Source of the DNA: an uncultured virus (IMG/VR IMGVR_UViG_2061766007_004155)
Taxonomy: Duplodnaviria; Heunggongvirae; Uroviricota; Caudoviricetes
Virus record (IMG/VR): IMGVR_UViG_2061766007_004155
Reading direction: 5' to 3' (one strand)
DNA length: 64,000 bases
Numbering within the stretch: position 1 is the first letter of the stretch; each line of letters begins with the position of its first letter. The notes under the pieces are model-generated. The model was not told where the DNA came from. It saw nothing but the letters and a program-made list of their open reading frames with translations, and searched no databases. This document shows positions 1-10,096 of the stretch, piece by piece. Made by a program: the position numbers and the translations under genes.

Positions 1-808
1 TTGAGNNNNNNNNNNACGCTCCTTGAAGATTTCAACTTGTTGATTTCCGCCTCTGATACACTTGAGCGCAATGCAGAGTCTCTCAGAGAGCGGACGCTTA
101 AAACAATCCGTATCGGTTCCTATTCATCTGTTGCCAGAAACTGGCTTCCTTCAATTCTGGCTGCATATAAGTTTTCAAGCCCGGAGACAGCCACCTCACT
201 TTCCATGCAAAGCATAGTGGACCAGTATAATGCTGTTAAAAATGAGGAGCTGGACTGCGCGATTGTCAGTTATCAGGAGGATCTGATGTCCGGCCTGATT
301 TGGACTCCTCTTCGCGATGATGAGCTGGTTGCAATCCTTCCGGGTTCCTGGTCTGTTGAAGAAGGTTCCTTTCCGCTGGAATATTTTGCAGGCATGGAAT
401 TCCTTATGCCGTCAGGTGGTTTTGATATGGATATCATGCCGATCTTCCAGTCTCTCTCTCCGAAGCAGCTTCCTGATTTCCGTTACACCAATATGGAGGA
501 TGCAACAATTATCCAGATGGTTGCCCACGGGCTTGGCGTGAGTATTCTCTCCCGCCTGGTCATACAGGACAGCAAAGAACATCTGGCCGTAGTTCCTCTC
601 CAGCCTGCAGCTTTNNNNNNNNNNTGGACTTGGCGTGAGTATTCTCTCCCGCCTGGTCATGCAGGACAGTAAAGAACATCTGGCCGTAGTTCCTCTCCAG
701 CCTGCAGCTTTCCGGAAACTCGGTGTTATCGTGAAGGACAAGCGCCAGAATGAAAAAGCTATCCGCAACTTTATTGCCACAGCAAAAGCAACGCTCCGGA
801 ATCTCTAA
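1..808 (+). CDS. LysR-family transcriptional regulator (5'-partial, host-like; duplicated segment around the gap)
   Basis: LysR substrate-binding motifs (IRIGSYSSVARNWLP, DATIIQMVAHGLGVSILS). Bases ~530-614 are near-duplicated after the N gap; the C-terminus RKLGVIVKDKRQNEKAIRNFIATAKATLRNL ends at TAA 806-808. Confidence 0.8.
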
Positions 809-838
809 AAATTCTGGCATCCGTGCGTAAGAAAACAG

Positions 839-868
839 TTGACATCCGCACATCATTTGTGGTATTAT
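839..868 (+). promoter_or_regulatory. sigma70-type promoter for tRNA-Gly
   Basis: TTGACA (839-844), 18-nt spacer, TGgTATTAT (-10 at 863-868), directly upstream of the tRNA. Confidence 0.65.
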
Positions 869-894
869 CTTTTGGCTGACGAGGGAATGGCCGT

Positions 895-937
895 GCGGGT
901 GTAGTTCAATGGTAGAACACCAGCCTTCCAAGCTGGA
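895..937 (+). tRNA. tRNA-Gly(TCC), 3' part lost in N gap
   Basis: GCGGGTGTAGTTCAATGGTAGAACA CCAGC CT TCC AA GCTGG: D arm and anticodon arm with TCC. Confidence 0.9.
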
Positions 938-1601
938 NNNNNNNNNNGCCTGCCTTCTGGACGGAGGACGAAAAGACGATCACTGTAACGGCAGAAGAAA
1001 AAGAAAACCTCTACACCAAGGTGGAGGATACGCTGGAAAATGATCAAGACGGAACACTCATGATCTTTAAACGAGAGAAACCTGAACCCAGCAAAGCGGA
1101 ATAAACAGAGATCCCCCGGAGAAATNNNNNNNNNNGTCAGACTACCGGGGACTTTTGCTTTTTAAGGAGATGTATAGAAACAGAGAAATCTGAGGAGATT
1201 ATAAGGGATAGGGCTTGGGCGTGTCAAGAGGCAACATATTGTGAGGTATGGGTGGGGTATATAACAGATTAGGATCAGGTGTGTAGCAGGGCAGTACCAG
1301 GTGATGGTCAGGTAGGGATGGTCATAAAGAATGCTTTGGGATTTATATAAGTTCCGAAGCATTTTTATGTATTGCGGCGGTATATATAATCGTATTGCCT
1401 TGAGGGGGTGATATGAGTGGGCAAGTGCGGAATAGTGATGATAATTATAGGGTTGTTGTTAGTGGCGATAGCTGGACTGTTGTTTTTTGTAGCGGTATCG
1501 ATATCGACTGACGAAGGTAAAGATGAGTTCGAGAGGGAACAGGCGGAGATCAGTAAGGAAGTAATGGAAATGATGAAAGAGCTGGGAGGAGATGAAGAAG
1601 A

Positions 1602-1895
1602 GTGAATGACAACGTAAATCATCCGTCACATTACACACAGGGCGGTATAGAGTGTTTAGACGCTATTGAAGCAAGTATGCCAGCTGAAGGATTTCAGGAC
1701 TATTGCAAAGGGAATATCCTGAAATACATTTGGAGATACAGGTTCAAGAATGGCATAGAGGACTTGAAGAAAGCTCAGTTCTATTTAGGCAGAATGATAA
1801 AGTCCGTAGAGAATATGACAACAACGAGACTTCCGGTAGGAGAAATACAATCTGCGGACGGATTCCATGAATACGTATACGAAGGGGGCGAATGA
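1602..1895 (+). CDS. DUF3310-family phage protein
   Basis: Signature DNVNHPSHYTQGGIECLDAI...GNILKYIWRYRFKNGIEDLKKA. Confidence 0.85.
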   Translation: MNDNVNHPSHYTQGGIECLDAIEASMPAEGFQDYCKGNILKYIWRYRFKNGIEDLKKAQFYLGRMIKSVENMTTTRLPVGEIQSADGFHEYVYEGGE

Positions 1896-2077
1896 GTAAG
1901 AATGACAGTTATAGAGAAGAAACCTGTGCCGATATATGAAGTTGAATGCATTGAGTGCAAATCAAAGATTCAGTATAAGGCATCAGAGGTATCGTGGTAT
2001 CACATTACTTGCCCCGTATGCGGTATATCTCTTTGGGCGAATACGATTGTGCCTGTTAGGATGGAGGAAGAAGGGGG

Positions 2078-2389
2078 ATGAATAATGTACAATGCAGGAA
2101 ATGCGCGTTTTACACGCCGGAGTGGTGTCCGGAGAAGAGAGACAGCTTAGACCCGGATTTAGTCCGCGACTGCGATTATTACAGAGTGAGAACAAACTAT
2201 GATAGAATCCGTGGCTTTAACGAAGAAGAGATGGCAGGATTTATGGTTGCGGAACAAATAAGTGCTATTTTTGCTTTTCTCAACGTGCTTGGTAATGAGG
2301 ACTTTCTCAATGATTTTACTGAGGAAGCAAAAACGGAAGTAAGAGGAATGGTGGAAGAGAAACTACACTGGCTGAAGGAGGAATCATGA
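2078..2389 (+). CDS. Phage hypothetical protein
   Basis: ORF with RBS, overlapping neighbours in an early operon. Confidence 0.6.
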   Translation: MNNVQCRKCAFYTPEWCPEKRDSLDPDLVRDCDYYRVRTNYDRIRGFNEEEMAGFMVAEQISAIFAFLNVLGNEDFLNDFTEEAKTEVRGMVEEKLHWLKEES

Positions 2390-2739
2390 ATTACGTATAC
2401 GTAGTTAGTGCGATTAACCTGGCTGGCTTCAACGTCGGAAACAGAGTAATAAAAATATTTGAGGACGAGGAAGATGCGGCAGACTTCTACCATACGGTTG
2501 ATTGTACGTATGATTTGGTATGGATAGATAAGTTGCCGATATATCCGAAGAAAGAGGTAACTAAATGAAAGAGTTCGTAGATAAAGAAAAGCTATTAAGG
2601 ATCATAGATAACGCGATGTTTCAGGCGAAATCCTATGACGGTGGCTTGGATGCCGATACAGCGTTAAGGATACTGAACAACCTGAAGCTGTATATCAAGA
2701 CGATGGAAACAGTAATGATTTCGGAAAAGGAGATTTATA

Positions 2740-3339
2740 ATGATTGATAAAACGGTATTACAGAATCACGATATGGTATGGAGTGCTTCTACGTTGGCTG
2801 GCGACGGTGGCTGTGGTTGGGATGACTGTTGCGATGATGAATACAAATATGACGGCATTGTTGAGCTTACTTCTGAGAATATGGCAGAGAATATCGCCGA
2901 ACTTGACGAAGAATACTATGGAATCTTTGATGAAGGACACATCAGCCCGTGGAAGAAGGAAAGCACAGGAGAAGAGGCAGAAATATATGTATTCACGAAA
3001 GAGCAGCTGCAAACTCTTGAAGACAACAGAGCATATATAAGAGAGCTTTTAAAAGAACTTACTTCTGAGTTTGAAAATCTTTTGAATGAATATCTGAATT
3101 CCTGTGAAGTTGCCGGTGTAAACAGAATCCTGCGCTCCGGCGATGCAATGATAGTATTTTGGGATGACGGTGATAAGACCGTAGTAAAGAGGGCGGCTGA
3201 CGAGAAAGACTCTGACTATGCAGCATTCACAGCTGCTTTAGGTAAGAAGATATACGGTAGCAACTCAAAGCTGACGCGGTTCATCAAGAGCCACATAGAA
3301 TATCAGGAAAAGAAAGAGAATAACATCTATGCTGAATGA
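2740..3339 (+). CDS. Phage hypothetical protein
   Basis: 199-aa ORF; C-terminal IVFWDDGDKTVVK motif typical of phage proteins. Confidence 0.65.
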   Translation: MIDKTVLQNHDMVWSASTLAGDGGCGWDDCCDDEYKYDGIVELTSENMAENIAELDEEYYGIFDEGHISPWKKESTGEEAEIYVFTKEQLQTLEDNRAYIRELLKELTSEFENLLNEYLNSCEVAGVNRILRSGDAMIVFWDDGDKTVVKRAADEKDSDYAAFTAALGKKIYGSNSKLTRFIKSHIEYQEKKENNIYAE

Positions 3340-3557
3340 AGAAACAGATATCATGTGCGTAAGCGACGAAGTAAAACCGGAACTGTTTAAGTCTTATACA
3401 ATATGGCAGATATTCCTGACGCTGTTTTCCATGCTGTTCTGTATTGTGTTTGTATGTGGAATTACGTATTTAACGGTTGTAACAGGGGAGAAGAGGTTTG
3501 CGTTCTTTTATCTTCTCCCAGCTGCTTGTTATATATTTGGATGAAAGGGGTAAATAT

Positions 3558-3929
3558 ATGATCCGTTTATATAATAATTATTATATCAGTGCGGATGCAA
3601 ACAACTTTACTTTAAAGAAGACTCTTATAAACAAAAGTAAAGCCACGGGCGAAGAATACGAAAAGATGATGACCGTTGGTTATTTTGCTTCTCTCAACTC
3701 GTTGTATAGTCATTTTATCAGGGAAGTCGAGAAAGACGTTCTGATGGATGAGAACGTAAAGACTTTGGCTGACTTCATCAGCGGAATGGATAGTGTAATA
3801 GCTGAACTGACATATACGATAAACTCTTTTGCAAACCTGAGTAACAGAGACAAATACTCAAAAGAAGGCGTTGATGGGATTAAAGAGGTTCTCCGCAGGG
3901 ATTTGGAAGAAGGGGAAGCTGAAGAATGA
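3558..3929 (+). CDS. Phage hypothetical protein
   Basis: ATG at 3558 after AAAGGGG RBS; coupled to next gene. Confidence 0.6.
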   Translation: MIRLYNNYYISADANNFTLKKTLINKSKATGEEYEKMMTVGYFASLNSLYSHFIREVEKDVLMDENVKTLADFISGMDSVIAELTYTINSFANLSNRDKYSKEGVDGIKEVLRRDLEEGEAEE

Positions 3930-4273
3930 CGGTTGAGTTAGAACTTTTAAATGACTTTAGGATTGTAAGTGAAAAAGTAAAAGAGTTACAGAGGGAGAAT
4001 AACAGCCTACGCAGTCAAAACAAGATTCTTAAAGAGAAATACGAAGACCTGTGGGTGCAGAACAAACTCCAAATGTCAAAGATAGTAGAGTACCGCCGAT
4101 TAATAGAACACTACGAAGACGGCGCTCCATTGTATGTTCAGGTAGACACTTAATATGAATGAGGAATTATTAGTAGAGCTTATAGCAGTTCTCAAAGGAA
4201 TACAAGTGGAATTGTCAGGGATTGGCATTGTACTATTGCTTATGCTTTTGTTTAAGAACATGGGGAAGAAGTA

Positions 4274-4561
4274 ATGCAGAAACCAAAGAAGAAAAATAAA
4301 GAGATACCTGAATTTGAGAGAGGACGAGAACGTGGCAGACGCGAAGGTATAAACGAAGGCTATGAGTTCGCAATGGTAATCATCCTGATGGTTCTGAAAG
4401 ACAAGTTCGGAACATCGAATGAGGAGATACGCCGAATAGCCGAAGACATACAGTCCTATACTGCGATGGTCAGGTCAGGTAGAGTGCGCTTTGACCTCAT
4501 GAAAAATACCTTACTTAACGAGTATGGAATATCGTTTAAATGGAGACATGATGCCAAATGA
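4274..4561 (+). CDS. Phage hypothetical protein
   Basis: 95-aa ORF in an operon. Confidence 0.6.
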   Translation: MQKPKKKNKEIPEFERGRERGRREGINEGYEFAMVIILMVLKDKFGTSNEEIRRIAEDIQSYTAMVRSGRVRFDLMKNTLLNEYGISFKWRHDAK

Positions 4562-4961
4562 TGAGATAAAGAGGAAACACCGCAAGAAAAAGAAACATAA
4601 AGATATACGCTATGACGACGATGAACTACACCTGACAAAACACGGAACGAAACGTGCAAGGGAGAGACTTGGTATTCCGAAGAATGCGATAAAGAAGAAT
4701 GTAGAGAGAGCATTGAAATTCGGAGTTCCAAGAGATGACATATTCGGGCCTTTCAGACGATACGTTGATGCCATATATCACGAATACGGTACTGCAAACA
4801 ACCTGAGAGTGTATAACAGGCACATTTATATTATTTGCAATGATGTATTAGTGACAATCCTGAATGTTCCGTATAAGTATTTTGATATAGCGGATGTAGT
4901 TCAGAGGAGAAGAAAAAAACAATTGGAGGAAAGTAATGGTAAATCCGGAAGACGTAGTTAG
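4548..4961 (+). CDS. Hypothetical protein, possibly DUF4258/RelE-like fold
   Basis: LHLTKHGTKRARERLGI ... VLVTIL pattern. Confidence 0.45.
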   Translation: MMPNDEIKRKHRKKKKHKDIRYDDDELHLTKHGTKRARERLGIPKNAIKKNVERALKFGVPRDDIFGPFRRYVDAIYHEYGTANNLRVYNRHIYIICNDVLVTILNVPYKYFDIADVVQRRRKKQLEESNGKSGRRS

Positions 4962-5867
4962 TAGAACAAGAGTTTATGGTGTATCTGAGAGCGTTTGCGC
5001 GTCCAAATATCCGTTTGCTACAGATTTAAGTTATTGCAATGATGATATAACAATGACGCAGTTCAGATTAGCTCAAGCTCCTGCTGGAAGCGGGGAAGAT
5101 ACATTCCTACACGGAATCGTAGTTCAGTTTGACCTGACGTTTCCTATCACGGTTTGGAAACAGGCAGAGAGATATCACTTCTTAGAGTTTGTAAGCTTAA
5201 TTAGTGGGCGTTTATCTCAGTGATGGGATAAATTATAAGGTGGTGAACCTGTAAATACAGGGTGTATCGAAAGATGCTAACGGTCAACTAACCCGAAAGG
5301 GTAAGGTGGTAAGAGAACCTAAGTCCTGAACGGATATGGCAATACCGTGCCGAGCTTTTATTGACACCAACTTTAAGAGGTTGTCACAAAAGAAGGTGTA
5401 ACGACTAAATTGATTGTATCGTAACAATCAGAGAGGGGACATTTGAAATTCATGTCCCTGTAGCGCCACCCATCTCAGTTCGAGATGAAGAGATAGTCTA
5501 ATCCCGCTATTATAATAGCGTTAAAGTATCTTGAAAAAGAGGGTATAAAGCACAAAGTACAATGCACAAAGCAACAGATTTTGATATTGACAGCCAATGC
5601 AGTGAGTATGTACACCCTGAAATCAAAAAGATCATAAAGAAACTGATTGCAGAGTATAAAGAAGCACCTACGGCAGAGAAAGAACTTGTGATATTAGACA
5701 GTCTGCCAACGGGATTCCTTCTTACTGCAAGGATGACAACGAACTATCAGCAACTCAAAACAATATATAGGCAAAGAAAAATGCATAAACATCCATATTG
5801 GAGAGCATTTTGCAAATGGATAGAAACATTGCCTTATAGCACGTTCATTATAGGGAAGGGTGAGTAA
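4936..5867 (+). CDS. Intron-split phage protein, join(4936..5197,5551..5867); possibly a distant ThyX-like family
   Basis: Removing 5198-5550 gives the in-frame junction ...ERYHFLEFVS-S-QSTMHKA... continuing to TTNYQQLKTIYRQRKMHK...WRAFCKWIETLP. The function call is weak. Confidence 0.8.
5198..5550 (+). ncRNA. Group I self-splicing intron (IA-like), no ORF
   Basis: Exon ends in T (5197) and intron ends in G (5550). P3 GGTGGTG(5239-45)/CGCCACC(5464-70); P7 GACTA(5403-07)/TAGTC(5494-98) within AAGAGATAGTC; P8 CATCTC/GAGATG; two extra hairpins between P7 and P3'. Confidence 0.9.
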
Positions 5868-6053
5868 CCATAGAGTGCTTACCGCCGTCTGAATATAAGA
5901 AGAAAAGGCGCAGACAGCAAGTAAATGATGCTGTTAAACGCCATCGCAAGAAATTCCCTGAAAAACTAAAAGAGCGTGACCGACAGTATTACATACTCCA
6001 TAAAGAAGAACGCAAGGTAAAAAGAAGAGAGAAGCGCAGAAAGGAAAAGGAAG

Positions 6054-6284
6054 ATGGAGGCATTGACGGATAAAGAGTTTGCTGATAAAATAGGAATGTT
6101 TTTAGATGAGTACATTCAGCAACCTGACGGGGGCAAAATCCCAAGGACTATTCCGTACTTCAGAGAAGCATTTAAAGTGCTGTTGGCAGAAGGCATTTTT
6201 AAGAGTCCTGAAGAGATCAGAAAAGCTTGTCTGAAGACACAGTATGCTATCATTCCTAACTTCCTTTTTGAAAATATTTCTTGA
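6054..6284 (+). CDS. Phage hypothetical protein
   Basis: 76-aa ORF with AAGGA RBS. Confidence 0.55.
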   Translation: MEALTDKEFADKIGMFLDEYIQQPDGGKIPRTIPYFREAFKVLLAEGIFKSPEEIRKACLKTQYAIIPNFLFENIS

Positions 6285-6290
6285 TTTCTA

Positions 6291-6558
6291 TTGCAACCAC
6301 GTTGCACCAACAATTTAAGTTTAATGGATTAAAAGTTCTAAAAAACAGCAAATAATCCTATTAAACGCAAGAATTTCCCAATTGAAATTCATTCATTCTA
6401 TGAATGGGGTTCAAGAGGCCGGGCGTTCAAATCGCCCCACTCGGACTGAAAAAGTACCGAAATCTTAATGGTTTCGGTATTTTTTATAACTTTTTACCTA
6501 TGTTTTATATTCTTGAATACAGAGGAATCTTCTCTTGTTGCAACCAAAGTTGCACCAA
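6291..6558. other. attP site: tRNA-Pro(GGG) 3'-half core (6401-6446) flanked by arm-type repeats
   Basis: TGAATGGGGTTCAAGAGGCCGGGCGTTCAAATCGCCCCACTCGGAC covers anticodon arm to acceptor with no 5' half. TTGCAACCA-N1-2-GTTGCACCAA at 6291-6310 and 6538-6558. Adjacent to the integrase. Confidence 0.8.
6449..6486 (+). terminator. Intrinsic terminator after att core
   Basis: TACCGAAATC-loop-GGTTTCGGTA followed by a T run. Confidence 0.7.
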
Positions 6559-6565
6559 ATTCCTA

Positions 6566-6594
6566 TTGACGATAGCCATTCAAGATGGTATAAT
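6566..6594 (+). promoter_or_regulatory. Near-consensus sigma70 promoter
   Basis: TTGACG, 17-nt spacer, TGgTATAAT. Confidence 0.7.
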
Positions 6595-6667
6595 TAGCTT
6601 GCCGGGGTCAGAGAAGCGAACACTCTGACCGCATAGAATGCTCATTGGCAGATTCCTTTCAAAATAC

Positions 6668-6712
6668 AAAATGCCCTATAGGATGTGTGCAGTCCTATAG
6701 GGTGTTTTGTTT
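6668..6712. terminator. Bidirectional intrinsic terminator downstream of integrase
   Basis: AAAATGCCCTATAGGA...TCCTATAGGGTGTTTT. Confidence 0.75.
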
Positions 6713-6714
6713 TA

Positions 6715-7851
6715 TTATATATTATTTGTTATTGTCCTTAGATCATCGAGGTTGACGTCCTGATAATACCGAAGCATTTCAGATGATGTATGCCCAATCA
6801 GTTCCAACTTATCCTTATCGGCGCCGGATACCCGTTTCATTAAAGTGGCGAATGTGTGACGGCACGAATGCGGTGAGTATTTGTGTACGCCATTAGACAG
6901 GACAGGGTTTTCAATCTCACATTGTTCTAAAACTTTGTAGAAAACATTTTGACGGAAGTGAGAGTAATCCCACATAGCCCCCTTCGCAGTCTGAATAAGT
7001 GGGCCTCCCGTCCTACCCCCAATGATAGATTCTATATAAGGGAGAATCTTGGGAGAGACTGTTACAGTCCTGTTTGTTCCTGCTTCGGTTTTAGAACCGC
7101 CTACGAATGCTTTTTCTTTCCTGTCATAGTCTTTTACAGTCAAAGCAAGAAACTCGGCAGGGCGAAAACCAAGATATATCATACAGTAAATCCAATCCGC
7201 ATGGTCAACCTTACCTATTGACGTGCGGATTTTTTCTATTTCATCATCAGAAAACGCTGATCTAGGCTGTGGGTCATCTCCTGTTATCTTTAAATACTGT
7301 GCGAGATTTATGTTATCTGGGACAGCCTGACGTGGGATGCCGTACTTATAAACCAATCCGCATACAGCTTTCATGTTTTGCTGAGTTCGTTTCCCCTTAC
7401 CGCAGTCATCCAAGCATTCCTGTAGATCATCAATGTCTATGTCCTGCATTCGGGAGAACCAAACAGGCTCGAAATATTTTATAGCAGCCTTATAACAATC
7501 CATAGTTGATTTCCCTGCCTTGTGGGTAGGAAGCCATTTATCATAAAGCGCTTTAAACGTGATATCTTTCTTCTGCTTCCTGACGGGTTCACTTTGCAAA
7601 CGGGGAAGTGAGGCAACTGCTTCTTTCTTGGTATCAAATCTCTGCGACTTCGTTTTCCGTTTCAGCTTGCCGTTGTCATCAAGATAGTAACCGACAGTTA
7701 CAATAGCCCTGTAACGGTTTCCGTCTTTATAGACAGTACCCTGACCATTCCCGCGCCGTCTTAGCTTCTTCTCATGTATTTGCTTCTTACCACAATAAGG
7801 GCAGAATGCGAAATCGTCTTGTATTAACTTATTACATTTAACACAATTCAT
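6715..7851 (-). CDS. int: Tyrosine integrase
   Basis: GFRPAE (R), SKTEAG (K), HSCRH (HxxR), LIGH, YYQ (Y); N-terminal zinc ribbon and RRGNGQG arm-binding region. Confidence 0.95.
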   Translation of the reverse strand: MNCVKCNKLIQDDFAFCPYCGKKQIHEKKLRRRGNGQGTVYKDGNRYRAIVTVGYYLDDNGKLKRKTKSQRFDTKKEAVASLPRLQSEPVRKQKKDITFKALYDKWLPTHKAGKSTMDCYKAAIKYFEPVWFSRMQDIDIDDLQECLDDCGKGKRTQQNMKAVCGLVYKYGIPRQAVPDNINLAQYLKITGDDPQPRSAFSDDEIEKIRTSIGKVDHADWIYCMIYLGFRPAEFLALTVKDYDRKEKAFVGGSKTEAGTNRTVTVSPKILPYIESIIGGRTGGPLIQTAKGAMWDYSHFRQNVFYKVLEQCEIENPVLSNGVHKYSPHSCRHTFATLMKRVSGADKDKLELIGHTSSEMLRYYQDVNLDDLRTITNNI

Positions 7852-7888
7852 AATACATAAAAATCACAATAGTATTTGGAGTTATCTA

Positions 7889-8317
7889 TCATACGGCTGC
7901 AGATGACTCGGAAAGAACAACAGTATCTTCCTCTTGGGGTTGCGGCATTCCATATTTTCTTAGAATAGCATAGACAGCAAATTTGTCTTCGTCGGTTGCT
8001 TTCGCCCAAGCATCGAGAAGAGCTTGATTATTATTGGTAATAAATTTTTCTTTATTTTTCTTTAAAGATATTTTTGGAGATGAGCCTTTATCTGTCCCCA
8101 TTAAATATTGTACAGAAACACCTAAAACAGAAGCGATTTGAACAACCATGCTCTGCTGAACGGCTGCTTTACCCTTTTCAATTTTACTAATTGATGTTTT
8201 GTGCTTATATCCAAGCCTTTCAGCAAGCTCATCTTGTGTCATATTTGCCGACAATCTGCTTTGTTTAACTCTGTCTCCAAACTCTATAAAGAATTGAGGA
8301 TTTAACGATGTATCCAT
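7889..8317 (-). CDS. CI-like XRE repressor
   Basis: HTH MTQDELAERLGYKHKTSISKIEKG; divergent from a Cro-like gene. Confidence 0.9.
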   Translation of the reverse strand: MDTSLNPQFFIEFGDRVKQSRLSANMTQDELAERLGYKHKTSISKIEKGKAAVQQSMVVQIASVLGVSVQYLMGTDKGSSPKISLKKNKEKFITNNNQALLDAWAKATDEDKFAVYAILRKYGMPQPQEEDTVVLSESSAAV

Positions 8318-8335
8318 ATTATCACCACCATATTA

Positions 8336-8445
8336 CATTTTAATTACAAATAATTAAATTGTCAAGAGTTTTTGACGTATTTATCAAATAATGTTGACAA
8401 CCATTCTACTTTGTGATATTCTTTGCGAGTAGCATGAAATTCTAC
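8336..8445. promoter_or_regulatory. Lysis/lysogeny switch: divergent promoters and 17-bp operators
   Basis: TTGACA on + (8394-8399) and on - (8360-8365). Imperfect palindromes GTTGACAACCATTCTAC (8393-8409) and GTAGCATGAAATTCTAC (8429-8445); third copy GTAGAATAATAATCTAC at 8671-8687. Confidence 0.7.
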
Positions 8446-8463
8446 AAGAAAGGAGGATAATAT

Positions 8464-8679
8464 ATGACCAATACTCGAATGCTAAACAAATGTATAGATG
8501 AAAGCGGATACAAATTGTCCTTTATTGCTCATAAACTTGGGCTAAGTCCTTATGGTTTTGCACGTAAAAGGGACAACAAGTCGGAATTTACAGCACCGGA
8601 GATAGATGCGCTGTGTACGATTCTGAATATCGATTCAGATATGATGATGTCTATTTTTTTTGCAAAAGAAGTAGAATAA
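8464..8679 (+). CDS. Cro-like HTH regulator
   Basis: 71-aa HTH (FIAHKLGLSPYGFARK...EFTAPEI) divergent from the repressor. Confidence 0.85.
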   Translation: MTNTRMLNKCIDESGYKLSFIAHKLGLSPYGFARKRDNKSEFTAPEIDALCTILNIDSDMMMSIFFAKEVE

Positions 8680-9226
8680 TAATCTACAATATTTTCGAGA
8701 AAGGTTTATGGGAATGGGCTACCCGAATTTGAAAAAATATGTTGAATTTGAAAAGGCCATAAAAAAAGTCGGAGAAGACAGATTGAAGGCGTATATCCTT
8801 TCAAAAGGTCATAAGATTTCCAAGTTTGAGAGGAACATGAAAATCATTGTTTATACCATTCAACATGGGCCTACTGCAGCATCAAAAGTATTTCATGTTA
8901 CCGAAAGCTATCCGTCAATGATTCTCTACAAATATGGCCGATATGCAGAAGAATTAGCGAAAATTATTGATCGTGAAAGGGAACAATAATGAAAGAATAT
9001 TGGCTTGACCCACCCGAATATTCGATTCCTGTTTGCCCTATATGCGGAGAGGAATGCGAAGAGATTAAGAGAGACTATTTCGGAAAAGTTTGTGGTTGTG
9101 AAAATTGCATTACTTCAGAAGATGCGTGTGAATGGGCAGTAATGGAAGAACGAGACGAAGAAGCGGCTTATGGAGATTATCTTTATGATATGAGAAGGGA
9201 TTTAGAAATGGAGAGGAGACACGGCG

Positions 9227-9448
9227 ATGGCTAAGAAAAGGTCGCAGGATGACAAAATTTACGATTATTTATTAACGCATCCAATAATCACACAAGCTAT
9301 GGCTACAGAAATATTTAATATCACTCGATTGTCAGCGAGAATCTACGATCTTAAACAGTTGGGCATCGCAATTGGTTCTCGCATGGTTTATTACACGAAG
9401 AAAGACGGAAGCACCGGCAAGTATGCAGAGTATTGGTTAGAGATATGA
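9227..9448 (+). CDS. Winged-helix HTH protein
   Basis: ITRLSARIYDLKQLGIAI motif. Confidence 0.7.
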   Translation: MAKKRSQDDKIYDYLLTHPIITQAMATEIFNITRLSARIYDLKQLGIAIGSRMVYYTKKDGSTGKYAEYWLEI

Positions 9449-9660
9449 CATTTGAACAGATTAAACAATCACATAAAGATATGCTGACTTGCGCTGATGT
9501 TGCAACAGTGCTCGGATGCAATGCTTATACTCTTCATATGCAAGCGCAAGAACGGCCTGAACTGCTTGGGTTTTCAGTAATTTGCATGGGTAGCAGGGTA
9601 AAAATACCACGCATAGCATTTATTCGGTTTATAGAAGGAGAATTAAATCATGGCTCTTAA
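9445..9660 (+). CDS. Excisionase-like HTH protein
   Basis: MLTCADVATVLGC...RVKIPRIAFIRF, MerR/Xis-like. Confidence 0.55.
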   Translation: MTFEQIKQSHKDMLTCADVATVLGCNAYTLHMQAQERPELLGFSVICMGSRVKIPRIAFIRFIEGELNHGS

Positions 9661-10096
9661 TTACTGGATGCCATTGGAAAGCAAAAAAGCAAAAGGCTAT
9701 TTCATTGTTCGTGATGTGAAAGACGAAAGAAGGTATGGCTCTGTATTCCATTCCCGTCTGGAAGATGCACAGAAAGCATGTGACACTTTAAATAACATGA
9801 TCGACATGGGTGAACGCAGGAGAAAAGATAATTGGAAGGAGAGAAAATATGAGCAACTTCGCAATGCTGAGACTAACTGACCAGATAACTGTTGTGTTCT
9901 CCGTTCTTATTGTCGTGATGGCGATTGCAACGATGATTGTAGTAGGTAGCAACAGTCTGAAAAACTTGTTCAGGGAAATGTTTCTCGGCTTACTTCGGAA
10001 AATGGAATCCTTCTCAGACAAGTGGTTTTCTGATGATGAACCGTTTGATGATGAGTGGATGGACAGAGAAGCTTATGAGAAGACGAGGATACCAAG

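Noticed and set aside
530..710. ~85-bp direct repeat in the LysR gene
   Set aside because: The copies flank a 10-N gap and differ by a few SNPs; most likely a scaffolding overlap of strain variants
6401..6446. Full tRNA-Pro gene
   Set aside because: Only anticodon arm to acceptor 3' strand is present; interpreted as att core
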